Virus record (IMG/VR): IMGVR_UViG_3300032103_000007
Location: 1 to 42,348 of that record
Direction: 5' to 3' (one strand)
Source of the DNA: a virus
Lineage: Duplodnaviria > Caudoviricetes
DNA: 42,348 bases
Shown: in pieces, positions 1 to 8,111 of the stretch
How the letters are laid out: the number at the start of each line of letters is the position of its first letter
How positions within the stretch are numbered: the stretch's first letter is position 1
Notes under the pieces: model-generated
The model's database searches: none
What the model was told of the DNA's origin: nothing
What the model saw: the letters and a program-made list of their open reading frames with translations, nothing else
Translations under genes and position numbers: made by a program

Positions 1-11
1 CCCCACGCACT

Positions 12-278
12 ATGGCGACCGCAGAGGTCTGCGACGACATCAAATTGCGCCTGCAAGCCTGTAAGAAGGCGCTCGGCTACTCGCCCAACGGGAGCCACGG
101 CATCGGCCACAGCCACGTAGACCTCACCGCGCGCCGGGCGTGGGAGGTCAAAAAGGTGCTGGCTAAGGCGCTCGCCGTCGCCCGCGACCCGTCACCGACG
201 TTCCCCTGCGTTGACTACGACGGACGAATCCTTCGCATTACGACAGACCCCGATGCGGTCGTCCGGGTGACGCCGTGA
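12..278 (+). CDS. hypothetical phage protein
   Basis: 88-aa ORF, GTGA overlap with the next gene; lies in the GC-rich left segment. Confidence 0.55.
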   Translation: MATAEVCDDIKLRLQACKKALGYSPNGSHGIGHSHVDLTARRAWEVKKVLAKALAVARDPSPTFPCVDYDGRILRITTDPDAVVRVTP

Positions 279-676
279 AGCCGCTAATTGAGTGGGAAGT
301 GCCGCGCGGCGTGACCGTCCACGCATCCAAGGGCGGCCAGTGGTACGCAAAGTACGAAGCCGACGCCGTGATCCGCGAGCTTGAGCCTGCCGCTAAATGG
401 TTCGGCGAAGTGATGGCGATGATCCACGGCGACGGGGGGCGCTACCTCGCCGAGCATGGGCCGGAAAAGGCCGCGAATGATGCAGTCGCCAAGTTCCGCG
501 AGCTTGAGGCCGAGCGCGACGCTCTAGTAGTTACGCTGAACAGTCCTCAGCTACGTCGAGTCCTGGACTATGTACTCAATCACGCTGGCAAAGGAGTCAA
601 TGCTCGCTTGCAATTAGATGCTGATTGGATTGATAGCAGAGTCCCTGCTTACAGGAGTAAGAGCCGCGATGAATAA
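275..676 (+). CDS. hypothetical phage protein
   Basis: 133-aa ORF, GTG start coupled to the upstream stop; short coiled-coil segment. Confidence 0.65.
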   Translation: MKPLIEWEVPRGVTVHASKGGQWYAKYEADAVIRELEPAAKWFGEVMAMIHGDGGRYLAEHGPEKAANDAVAKFRELEAERDALVVTLNSPQLRRVLDYVLNHAGKGVNARLQLDADWIDSRVPAYRSKSRDE

Positions 677-854
677 CGAAATGACGTTCGAGATTTTTAG
701 CGACACGGGGTACTACGATATGTGGGCATTGCGCCCGCTAGGTATCCGTGATATCAATCGAACCTTACACTTTAATACGAAGAAGGAGGCGGAGTTCGCT
801 GGATACGTGATTGCTAGCTGGTCTGCCAAAGAGGTTAAGTTTAAGTATGACTAA
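669..854 (+). CDS. hypothetical protein (MNNEMTFEIF...)
   Basis: AGGAG ~12 nt before ATG 669; overlaps both neighbours. Confidence 0.6.
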   Translation: MNNEMTFEIFSDTGYYDMWALRPLGIRDINRTLHFNTKKEAEFAGYVIASWSAKEVKFKYD

Positions 855-1011
855 CCGCCTGCCGGGTTATGACGAGTACCTCTCTCGTCTTGTTGACGAG
901 GAGATGGAGGATGAAGAAGAAGACGAGGATAGTCCTGAGTACGATCCGGATTACTACGACGACTTCTTCTATGAAGATAACGTGTGCGATCAGTTCTGGA
1001 GTCCAGACTAA
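847..1011 (+). CDS. small highly acidic protein
   Basis: ATG 847 overlaps the end of the upstream gene; 54 aa with 22 D/E. Confidence 0.6.
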   Translation: MTNRLPGYDEYLSRLVDEEMEDEEEDEDSPEYDPDYYDDFFYEDNVCDQFWSPD

Positions 1012-1167
1012 ATGCACCTGACCCTTAGCCGACTGGACTATCTTGACACCCTGCTCCGCGCATACTGGCACGCGCGTCAGTGCTATGATAAGGCTGACAT
1101 GCTGGCTGCTGAGCGGGAGCTTAACAAGTTCGGCATCACTATTGACTACGAAGAGAACACTCCGTAG
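1012..1167 (+). CDS. small hypothetical protein (51 aa, MHLTLSRLDYLDTLLRAYWH...), not in ORF track
   Basis: ATG directly follows the TAA at 1011; frame open to TAG 1165-1167; fills the gap before the tRNAs. Confidence 0.5.
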   Translation: MHLTLSRLDYLDTLLRAYWHARQCYDKADMLAAERELNKFGITIDYEENTP

Positions 1168-1170
1168 CAT
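1142..1170 (+). promoter_or_regulatory. sigma70-like promoter for the tRNA pair and downstream genes
   Basis: TTGACT (1142-1147) - 17 bp - TAGCAT (1165-1170), 9 nt upstream of tRNA-Arg. Confidence 0.55.
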
Positions 1171-1179
1171 TGAGTCTAT

Positions 1180-1256
1180 ACCCTCGTAGCTTAACAGGAC
1201 AGAGCAGCAACCTTCTAAGTCGCACGGTGCTGGTTCGACTCCAGCCGAGGGTGCCA
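1180..1256 (+). tRNA. tRNA-Arg(TCT)
   Basis: Acceptor ACCCTCG/CGAGGGT, D-arm GCTT..GAGC with GGA, anticodon loop CTTCTAA, T-arm GCTGG-TTCGACT-CCAGC, encoded CCA. Confidence 0.92.
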
Positions 1257-1263
1257 CCTTTCC

Positions 1264-1339
1264 GCGAACGTAACTCAATTGGCAGAGTGCGATCCTTCCA
1301 AGTTCGATGTTGCGGGTTCGAGTCCCGTCGTTCGCTCCA
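1264..1339 (+). tRNA. tRNA-Gly(TCC)
   Basis: Acceptor GCGAACG/CGTTCGC, anticodon loop CTTCCAA, T-arm GCGGG-TTCGAGT-CCCGT, U73 and CCA. Confidence 0.93.
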
Positions 1340-1359
1340 CCTACCTAGGAGAACTAGCC

Positions 1360-1614
1360 ATGCCTCGTCTTACACATGTAACGCCTAAGGCCCGCAAAGA
1401 AGTTGTGTTGATTGACGGATACTCAGCAGACATGGGCGAGTTTCCGTGCATCGATATCTACCCGTCAGATAATCCAGACGCGCGAGTGAGCACGAACCCT
1501 ATCCTCAAGATCAAGTATCACAAGGATGGTACTATCAAGGAATTCGAGGACACTAATTCTGTGTACCGATTCCGCTCCCGTCCTCGGGGCCGGCCCCGTC
1601 GCCAAGACTTCTAA
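1360..1614 (+). CDS. hypothetical protein with basic C-terminus
   Basis: AGGAGA RBS before ATG 1360; the longer track ORF start overlaps the tRNA; C-terminus RSRPRGRPRR is AT-hook-like. Confidence 0.7.
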   Translation: MPRLTHVTPKARKEVVLIDGYSADMGEFPCIDIYPSDNPDARVSTNPILKIKYHKDGTIKEFEDTNSVYRFRSRPRGRPRRQDF

Positions 1615-1626
1615 GGAATAAATAAG

Positions 1627-3534
1627 GTGCATCCCTTTTACGATAAGCTGCCCCCGCACGTGCGGGATCCAGAGTGGAGCAAGTGGTACAATGATCCTAT
1701 CTCCGGACGCTTCGCAGTTCTAGACTTCGAGACTACCTCACACGACAAGGGGTCAGCACTCAACAAAGACAATGAGCTAATCCTCGCCTGCTGGACGATC
1801 ATAGATCGTGATGACCTTACCGTTACCAAGAAGTACAAGTTCGGCAACGAGTACGAGATGCAGGAGCTTATCGAAGACCTCAAGTTCTGCGAGTTCTTCG
1901 TAGCACACAACGCCAAGTTCGAGCTGCAGTGGCTCAAGCGGTGCGGCTTCGATCTACGCAGCCGTCCGGCGTACTGCACCATGCTCGGGCAGTGGGTACT
2001 AGACGGTAATCTCCGCAAGCCGCGCAGCCTTTCAGCGCTAGCCAAGTCTTACAATGTAACACGCAAGCTAGACCACATCTCTTTGCTGATTGCTAGCGGG
2101 TATCCGGTCGAGTGGATCCCTAAGGCTTGGCTACTGGAGTACTGCGAGCACGACGTCAAGGCTACGCTAGAGATCTTCCTCAAACAGGTTCAGCTACTCG
2201 ACGAGGCTAAGCTGCTGCCGCTAGCTCACGTTCGTAACCTGACGTGTTCTGTTCTAGCAGACATCGAGTTCAACGGACTGACACTTGATCCTCGTGCTGT
2301 GATGGACGAGTACGAGACTACGATCAAGCAGTATCAGGATGCCTCCGCCTCTCTTCGTGAGATCGCAGGTGATGGCGTTAACTTCAACAGCGGTAAGCAG
2401 CTAGCCGCCCTGCTGTACGAGAAGCTCGGGTTTATCCCTCCGACTGATCCACATACAAAGCTTCCGATCGTAACAGCTAAGGGCGTACTAGCTACTGACT
2501 CCGCTACTCTAGGCAAGCTGGTAGCTAGGAACGATTCTCAGGCCACGTTCCTGCAGAAGTACAAGGAGTTCAACAAGCTATCAGCCTTACTGAGTAAGAA
2601 CCTAGAGTTCTTTGTTGGCGTGGTACGTGAGTACGGATGTAAGTTCTACGCCGCATTCAATCAGGGTGTGACTAAGACAGGACGTCTTAGCTCTAGCGGC
2701 AGGCCACTACTCTTTACCGGACAGAAGAAGCCGAAGGGAGTACAGGGTCAGAACCTTCCTCGCCAGTACAAGCGGTTGTTCTGGTCAGGAAATGAGGACT
2801 ACTACGTTGGAGAGGCTGACGCAGCCCAGCTCGAATTCCGCGTGGCTGCTGCACTCGGCAGGGACAGGGTTGCAATCGACGAGATCATCTCAGGTACGGA
2901 TGTTCACTCGGTTACGGCTCAGGTTCTTACCGAAGCAGGCGAGCCTACCACTAGACAGCAGGCCAAGGCTTCCACCTTCGCTCCGCTGTACGGCGGTATG
3001 GGTAAGACCGAAGCACAGAAGGCGTACGCCGAGTTCTTCAAACAGAAGTACAAGGGTATCTCTGATACCCAACGTGAGTGGGTTCTTAACGTGATCAACA
3101 GCAAGGAGCTGACTACACCATACGGCCTCAAGTTCTACTGGCCCGAGGTAAAGGTTAGTACGCGGACTGGCCACGTAAACGTAGGTACGGAAGTCCATAA
3201 CTTCCCAGTGCAGGGGCTTGCTACTGGGGAGATTATCCCGCTGGTGCTGGTACACTTCTGGCACTTGATTGAGGACACTGGCATTGTAGTGGTCAACACA
3301 ATCCACGACAGTATCATTTCGCTAGTACCAAAAGGTAGTGAGGAACTGTATGAAGAACTGAGTAAGTGGTGCTTCACTGATGCTGTATTTCCTTACCTGA
3401 GTAAGGGATACAACTTCGACTTCGTAGCCCCGCTGGGTTGCGGAATCAAACTATCTCGGAACTGGGGCGAGTCTCCTACCGAGATCATTTATAACGTCCT
3501 TCCGGACGGAACAGCTACCAGAAAGGAAAAGTAA
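1627..3534 (+). CDS. DNA polymerase family A with 3'-5' exonuclease domain
   Basis: Exo motifs VLDFETT, AHNAKFE, YCEHDV; TGRLSSS; motif A ADAAQLEFR; motif B RQQAKASTFAPLYG; motif C IHDS. Confidence 0.96.
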   Translation: MHPFYDKLPPHVRDPEWSKWYNDPISGRFAVLDFETTSHDKGSALNKDNELILACWTIIDRDDLTVTKKYKFGNEYEMQELIEDLKFCEFFVAHNAKFELQWLKRCGFDLRSRPAYCTMLGQWVLDGNLRKPRSLSALAKSYNVTRKLDHISLLIASGYPVEWIPKAWLLEYCEHDVKATLEIFLKQVQLLDEAKLLPLAHVRNLTCSVLADIEFNGLTLDPRAVMDEYETTIKQYQDASASLREIAGDGVNFNSGKQLAALLYEKLGFIPPTDPHTKLPIVTAKGVLATDSATLGKLVARNDSQATFLQKYKEFNKLSALLSKNLEFFVGVVREYGCKFYAAFNQGVTKTGRLSSSGRPLLFTGQKKPKGVQGQNLPRQYKRLFWSGNEDYYVGEADAAQLEFRVAAALGRDRVAIDEIISGTDVHSVTAQVLTEAGEPTTRQQAKASTFAPLYGGMGKTEAQKAYAEFFKQKYKGISDTQREWVLNVINSKELTTPYGLKFYWPEVKVSTRTGHVNVGTEVHNFPVQGLATGEIIPLVLVHFWHLIEDTGIVVVNTIHDSIISLVPKGSEELYEELSKWCFTDAVFPYLSKGYNFDFVAPLGCGIKLSRNWGESPTEIIYNVLPDGTATRKEK

Positions 3535-3538
3535 CCAT

Positions 3539-4081
3539 ATGATCGTTAAGGGTAAGATTCAGAAAATCTCGTCACGTGACACTCAGTATGGCACCATGTA
3601 CTCGATCCAAGTTAACAACGAGTACTACTCGATCGGCAAGTATCCGCCGAAGGCTAGCGAAGGTGACTACGTTAAGTTTGACGTCACGCAGAATGGCAAG
3701 TACTGGAACCTGACCAAAGGTAGTAAGGTCGAGCGCGTTACTGGAGAGGATGTTCCAGCAGAGACGCCTACTCGAACTGCACCCCCTAGCCGTGGCGGTT
3801 ACGGCGGTGGTAACGACGACAAGCGGCAGGACGTCATCTCTAAGCAGGCAGCGCGAAACTCTGCTCTCACGTTTATCCAGCTCGCCGTGGCTAATGGCGC
3901 TATTGAGTTCCCGAAGACTGCAAACGCGGACAAGAAGTTTGCTATCCTCTCGGCTTTCCTAGACGAGACTACTGAGAAGTTCTACAACTACTCGGTCGGT
4001 AAGGTAGCTAAGGATCCAGATTCAGAAGAGGATGGCAATCCTGATACTGCCGGACTTGAGGACGGGGAGCGGTGGGACTAA
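3539..4081 (+). CDS. single-stranded DNA-binding protein (putative)
   Basis: Beta-rich OB-fold-like N-terminus, acidic C-tail ending in an aromatic residue (EDGERWD), directly after the polymerase. Confidence 0.7.
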   Translation: MIVKGKIQKISSRDTQYGTMYSIQVNNEYYSIGKYPPKASEGDYVKFDVTQNGKYWNLTKGSKVERVTGEDVPAETPTRTAPPSRGGYGGGNDDKRQDVISKQAARNSALTFIQLAVANGAIEFPKTANADKKFAILSAFLDETTEKFYNYSVGKVAKDPDSEEDGNPDTAGLEDGERWD

Positions 4082-4608
4082 TCACCGCGTCCGAGATCGA
4101 GGATTTTCGCACCCGGCTAGTCCGGGTTGCGACTATGAATCCTGACATTTCTCCGAGGCGCGTAGCGATCGAGCTACGCCGCCTCGCCTACCTACTAGAA
4201 CTAAAGGAAACTGATGACGACGAACTATCTACCAACAGACTTCCAGACATTCATTGCCCTGAGTCGCTACAGCCGCTGGCTTCCGGAACAGAACCGACGA
4301 GAGACTTGGCCGGAGACAGTGGACCGCTACATGGAGAACATCGTAGCCCCGGTGCTAGACAAAGTGCCCCAGCTTACTATCGACAGATCCGAGATTCGAT
4401 CAGCAATTCTGAACTTGGAAGTGATGCCGTCAATGCGCGCGCTGATGACCGCTGGCGAAGCAGCGAAGCGGGACGAGATGGCTCTCTACAACTGTTCATT
4501 CGTGGCGATGGATCACCCGCGAGCATTCGACGAGATCCTGTACATCCTGACGTGCGGCACTGGTGTAGGGTTCTCCTGCGAAACCCGCTATGTAAATCAG
4601 CTACCTGA
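4072..4608 (+). CDS. hypothetical protein; C-terminal ~130 codons overlap nrdJ out of frame
   Basis: GTG overlapping the SSB end; first ~48 codons fill the SSB-nrdJ gap and use the genome-typical CTA codons. Confidence 0.4.
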   Translation: MGLITASEIEDFRTRLVRVATMNPDISPRRVAIELRRLAYLLELKETDDDELSTNRLPDIHCPESLQPLASGTEPTRDLAGDSGPLHGEHRSPGARQSAPAYYRQIRDSISNSELGSDAVNARADDRWRSSEAGRDGSLQLFIRGDGSPASIRRDPVHPDVRHWCRVLLRNPLCKSAT

Positions 4609-6130
4609 CGTAGCAGAGTCTTTCCATGAAACAGACTCTACTATCGTGGTTGGCGATAGCCGGATTGGCTGGGCCTCTGCTTACCGCGAGCTTATTGCTA
4701 TGCTGTATGCTGGCAAGCTGCCTCACTTCGATGTTTTCAAAATCCGACCTAAGGGCGCGCGTCTCAAGGTATTTGGAGGACGCGCTTCTGGTCCTGACCC
4801 GCTGGTGGATTTATTCAACTATACCATTCGTACTTTCCGCAACGCTGCTGGGCGTAAGCTCACTGATCTAGAAGTACACGGGCTGGTCTGCAAGATCGGA
4901 GAGATTGTAGTAGTCGGAGGTGTCCGTCGTTCTGCTTTGATCTCTCTGTCGGATCTTAGCTCTCCGAGAGTTCGGGACGCTAAGGCTGGTATGTGGTGGG
5001 AACGTAACCCGGAGTTTGCTCTGGCTAACAACTCCGCCGTGTACGAGGATGTGCCTACCATCGGCCAGTTCCTAGAAGAGTGGACTTCTCTTTACAACAG
5101 TAAGAGCGGCGAGCGCGGGATCTACTATCGTAAGGGCATTCGTGATAAGACCGAACGTATCGGTAAGCGTGATGCAGATAAGATCGTAGGTACTAATCCT
5201 TGTGCTGAGATTGCTCTACGTTCTGCTGGACTGTGTAATCTTTCTGAGGTAGTAGTACGTGCTGACGATACTGAGAGCGCCCTTCTCCGCAAGGCTCGCA
5301 TTGCTGCGATCCTCGGTACGATCCAGTCTACATTCACCAACTTTCGATATGTGCGTCCGGTCTGGAAAAAGAACGCTGAGGAAGAGCGACTACTTGGAGT
5401 AAGCCTTACTGGTATTTACGACAACAGTCTGACTAACGGCAGCATGGGCAAGGTTAAGCTGGCTGAGTTTCTTGAGCAGCTTAAGGCGCACGTTAACGAA
5501 GTGAACGCAGAGCTAGCGGATGCGCTAGGTATCAATCGCTCGGCTGCTACTACGACAGTAAAGCCCAGCGGCACTGTCAGTCAGCTAACCAACGCTGCTT
5601 CCGGTATCCATCCTCGTCACTCCAAGTTCTACCTGCGATCAGTTCGCGGTGACAACAAGGATCCGATGACGGACTTCATGAAGGCGGTAGGTATTCCTAA
5701 CGAGCCGTGCGTCATGAAGCCTGACAGTACTACAGTGTTCTACTTCCCGATCAAAGCTCCGGATGTTTGCAAGACGCGAGACGACGTTAAGGCGCTGGAT
5801 CACCTAGAACTGTGGATGATGTATAACAAGCACTGGGCGGAGCATCAGGTCAGCGTCACGATCAACGTAGAGGAGCACGAATGGGTTGACGTAGGTGCTT
5901 GGGTGTTCAAGAACTTCAACGACCTGAGCGGCATCTCGTTCCTACCGTACGACGGCGGTACTTACAAGCAGGCTCCGTATCAAGAGATTGACGAGCTTAC
6001 TTATGTAAAGGCTGCCGAAGCTTTCCCGAAGAACATCGACTGGGCTAAGCTCTCGGACTTCGAGCGCGAAGATACTACTACCGGTGTTCAGGACCTTGCC
6101 TGCGTGTCAGGCGTTTGCGAAATCCTATAA
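4214..6130 (+). CDS. nrdJ: class II (adenosylcobalamin-dependent) ribonucleotide reductase
   Basis: YSRW..RRETWPETVDR, YNCSF, GGVRRSALISLS, GTNPCAEI, LCNLSE, TVKPSGTVSQL, C-terminal CVSGVCE; no beta-subunit gene nearby. Confidence 0.93.
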   Translation: MTTNYLPTDFQTFIALSRYSRWLPEQNRRETWPETVDRYMENIVAPVLDKVPQLTIDRSEIRSAILNLEVMPSMRALMTAGEAAKRDEMALYNCSFVAMDHPRAFDEILYILTCGTGVGFSCETRYVNQLPDVAESFHETDSTIVVGDSRIGWASAYRELIAMLYAGKLPHFDVFKIRPKGARLKVFGGRASGPDPLVDLFNYTIRTFRNAAGRKLTDLEVHGLVCKIGEIVVVGGVRRSALISLSDLSSPRVRDAKAGMWWERNPEFALANNSAVYEDVPTIGQFLEEWTSLYNSKSGERGIYYRKGIRDKTERIGKRDADKIVGTNPCAEIALRSAGLCNLSEVVVRADDTESALLRKARIAAILGTIQSTFTNFRYVRPVWKKNAEEERLLGVSLTGIYDNSLTNGSMGKVKLAEFLEQLKAHVNEVNAELADALGINRSAATTTVKPSGTVSQLTNAASGIHPRHSKFYLRSVRGDNKDPMTDFMKAVGIPNEPCVMKPDSTTVFYFPIKAPDVCKTRDDVKALDHLELWMMYNKHWAEHQVSVTINVEEHEWVDVGAWVFKNFNDLSGISFLPYDGGTYKQAPYQEIDELTYVKAAEAFPKNIDWAKLSDFEREDTTTGVQDLACVSGVCEIL

Positions 6131-6142
6131 GGAGAACTACAC

Positions 6143-6313
6143 ATGACTGCTATTGCCAAGCGCTACTTCATCTTCTCAAAGAACACCTACGCCAAGACTG
6201 GTGTAGCTAAGCCGCTACGCCGCGCCTCGACCCGAGGCGAGGCTCGTGCCCACAAGGACGGTAATCCGAACTACGGCATCTGGGACGCTATGCGAGGCAT
6301 GGCTATCCGCTAA
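6143..6313 (+). CDS. small basic hypothetical protein (56 aa, MTAIAKRYFIFSKNTYAKTG...), not in ORF track
   Basis: Strong AAGGAG RBS, ATG 6143, TAA 6311-6313. Confidence 0.7.
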   Translation: MTAIAKRYFIFSKNTYAKTGVAKPLRRASTRGEARAHKDGNPNYGIWDAMRGMAIR

Positions 6314-6324
6314 GTCGTAAGCGC

Positions 6325-6352
6325 GTGGCCCCGGCGATACGGGGCACCTTAA
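6325..6352 (+). terminator. GC-rich hairpin, weak terminator or processing site
   Basis: GCCCCG-GCGATA-CGGGGC in the intergenic gap; only a short T tail. Confidence 0.4.
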
Positions 6353-6365
6353 CTAGAGACTAAAC

Positions 6366-6788
6366 ATGATTAACGATAAAGATCGCAAGGCGCTAGCGAC
6401 TGCCCTTAACAACAGTACTACGAGTACTTTCGGGCGCGTTAAGATCGGGGCTGTAGTCGCTGACAGTAAGGGTAGCCACGTAGGCTACGGATGGAATCAA
6501 CGGCGTACGCACCCCCGCCAGTATGCCGCCAACAAGCGCACTGGTAAGCAGATCGAGAACCCTTGCCTTCACGCAGAGATCGCTGCTATTATTGCCGCTG
6601 AGGAGTTTTGCAGTGAAGAACGCTGGGTTGCTACGCAACCGCACACCATCTACGTTGCCCGGCTTGACCGGAATGGCAAGTGGGCCAACTGCAAGCCGTG
6701 TGCTGCGTGTCATAGCGAGATTGTCGCTGCCGGTATTAAACGTGTTGTCTACACCACCGAGACGGGGGTAGAGTCCTATGAAGTGTAA
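6366..6788 (+). CDS. Zn-dependent cytidine/dCMP deaminase-family protein
   Basis: IGAVV, GWN, HAE and PCAAC Zn motifs, AGIKRVVY. Confidence 0.88.
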   Translation: MINDKDRKALATALNNSTTSTFGRVKIGAVVADSKGSHVGYGWNQRRTHPRQYAANKRTGKQIENPCLHAEIAAIIAAEEFCSEERWVATQPHTIYVARLDRNGKWANCKPCAACHSEIVAAGIKRVVYTTETGVESYEV

Positions 6789-7311
6789 GCAGCCGCCGAC
6801 CACAGAGCTAGACCTAATCAAGACCGATGTGTATCACGTGGGTGGCGTACTGTGGAGACGAAAGCGCGACGGCTACAACCGCAGAATCGCCGACAGACCT
6901 GCCGGGTACCGTAACAGAGACTACTTATACGTGCAAGTAGGGAAGACTAGCTATGCCGCACACCGTATTGTCTGGTTTTTAGAGAACGGTCAATGGCCTG
7001 ATATGCACATAGATCATATAGATGGCAACAAGCTCAACAATCATCCAAGCAACCTACGCCTGTGTACACCTACCGCCAACATGCAGAACTGCAAAACAGT
7101 TAACTCCATCTCAGGACATAGAGGAGTTAGTTGGAGTAAAAAGAGCAAGAAGTGGATGGTACGTATCACAGTAAATAAGAAGAGATTGGGCCTCGGCTAC
7201 TTCGACGACGCTGAGTTTGCAGGTCTTGTTTACACAGAAGCGCACGCTCGGCTGTTCCCGGAGGTGCCGCCATACGCTAAAGAGGGAGTGAAAGAGTATG
7301 CCTGTGGGTGA
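6778..7311 (+). CDS. HNH homing endonuclease with C-terminal AP2 domain
   Basis: AHRIVW, IDHIDGNKLNNHPSNLR; AP2-like SGHRGVSW..KKWMVRI..LGYF. Confidence 0.92.
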   Translation: MKCKQPPTTELDLIKTDVYHVGGVLWRRKRDGYNRRIADRPAGYRNRDYLYVQVGKTSYAAHRIVWFLENGQWPDMHIDHIDGNKLNNHPSNLRLCTPTANMQNCKTVNSISGHRGVSWSKKSKKWMVRITVNKKRLGLGYFDDAEFAGLVYTEAHARLFPEVPPYAKEGVKEYACG

Positions 7312-7777
7312 TGTTAATAGCACCGAACGCGGAAGTGGTGCCCGCTTTAACGACGGTAAGCCCGACCTGAGCTTGATCCCTCCGGCATTCCTGCGTAACA
7401 AGGGAGGAGAGCATGGTGCTCTGCTAACCAGCCTGTCATTCCTGTACCACAAAGGGGACGACGACGCACTTAGACTCTGGTTTAAGACGAAGATGGCCGA
7501 GCCTGAGGTACAGAACATCACAGCTAAGGTGTTCGAGTTCGGCAAGCAAAAGTACGCTGCACATAACTGGATGAAGGGTATGGCTTGGTCTGTCCCTCTC
7601 GCCTGCGCGTGTCGTCACGCTGACAAGCTGTGGTTCGAGGGTGAGGAACTGGACAAGGACTCAGGCTTGCATCACATCGGGCACATTATGGCTAACGTCA
7701 TCATGCTGCTTGAGTATCGCTTCACTTTCCCAGAAGGAAACGACCTACCCTATAAGGTGCTGAATGCAAACGTTTAA
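7298..7777 (+). CDS. dATP/dGTP diphosphohydrolase-domain protein (DUF5664-like)
   Basis: GARFNDGKPDLSLIP, FGKQKYAAHNWMKG, RH, DKDSGLHHIGH signature. Confidence 0.82.
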   Translation: MPVGDVNSTERGSGARFNDGKPDLSLIPPAFLRNKGGEHGALLTSLSFLYHKGDDDALRLWFKTKMAEPEVQNITAKVFEFGKQKYAAHNWMKGMAWSVPLACACRHADKLWFEGEELDKDSGLHHIGHIMANVIMLLEYRFTFPEGNDLPYKVLNANV

Positions 7778-8111
7778 CGAATACCAAGACTGGACTGAGA
7801 CTACCGCTATCTACACCGATCCTAGCTACCCGCAGCTAGCTCTGGCCGAAGAAGTGGGAGAGTTTCTAGGTAAGCTGGCTAAGTTCAGGCGCGACGTAGC
7901 CGGTCGAGGTATGCCGCCAGAAGAGTACATCGTCCACATCGAAAAGCTACGTGCTGATCTCGTTAAAGAAGGCGGTGACATTCTGTGGCAGCTAGCTCGG
8001 TGCCTTAAGGATCAGCGCATCATGATGCAGGAAGTCGTTGACGGTAACGTAGCCAAGCTAGAGTCTCGCAAGCAGCGTAACGTAATCGGAGGTAGCGGTG
8101 ATAACCGTTAA
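7764..8111 (+). CDS. MazG-like nucleotide pyrophosphohydrolase
   Basis: FNEYQ, LAEEVGE, KEGGDILW, NVAKLESRKQRNVIGGSGDNR. Confidence 0.9.
   Translation: MQTFNEYQDWTETTAIYTDPSYPQLALAEEVGEFLGKLAKFRRDVAGRGMPPEEYIVHIEKLRADLVKEGGDILWQLARCLKDQRIMMQEVVDGNVAKLESRKQRNVIGGSGDNR

Noticed and set aside
1043-1066. TTGACA promoter at 1043
   Set aside because: No -10 hexamer at 16-18 bp; CATACT is only 12 bp away
1180-1256. Amber suppressor tRNA (CTA appears in the loop TTCTAA)
   Set aside because: Stem register gives loop CT-TCT-AA, so the anticodon is TCT; the Arg identity base A20 is present
841-1388. Track ORFs 841-1278(-), 1170-1388(+) and the 1279 start
   Set aside because: They overlap well-formed tRNA genes
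1627-6130. Introns or inteins in the polymerase or nrdJ
   Set aside because: Both ORFs are continuous and compact with no splicing motifs seen
7298-8111. Definite 2-aminoadenine (Z) genome
   Set aside because: No PurZ or HD-domain DatZ in the window; these hydrolase families also occur in unmodified phages
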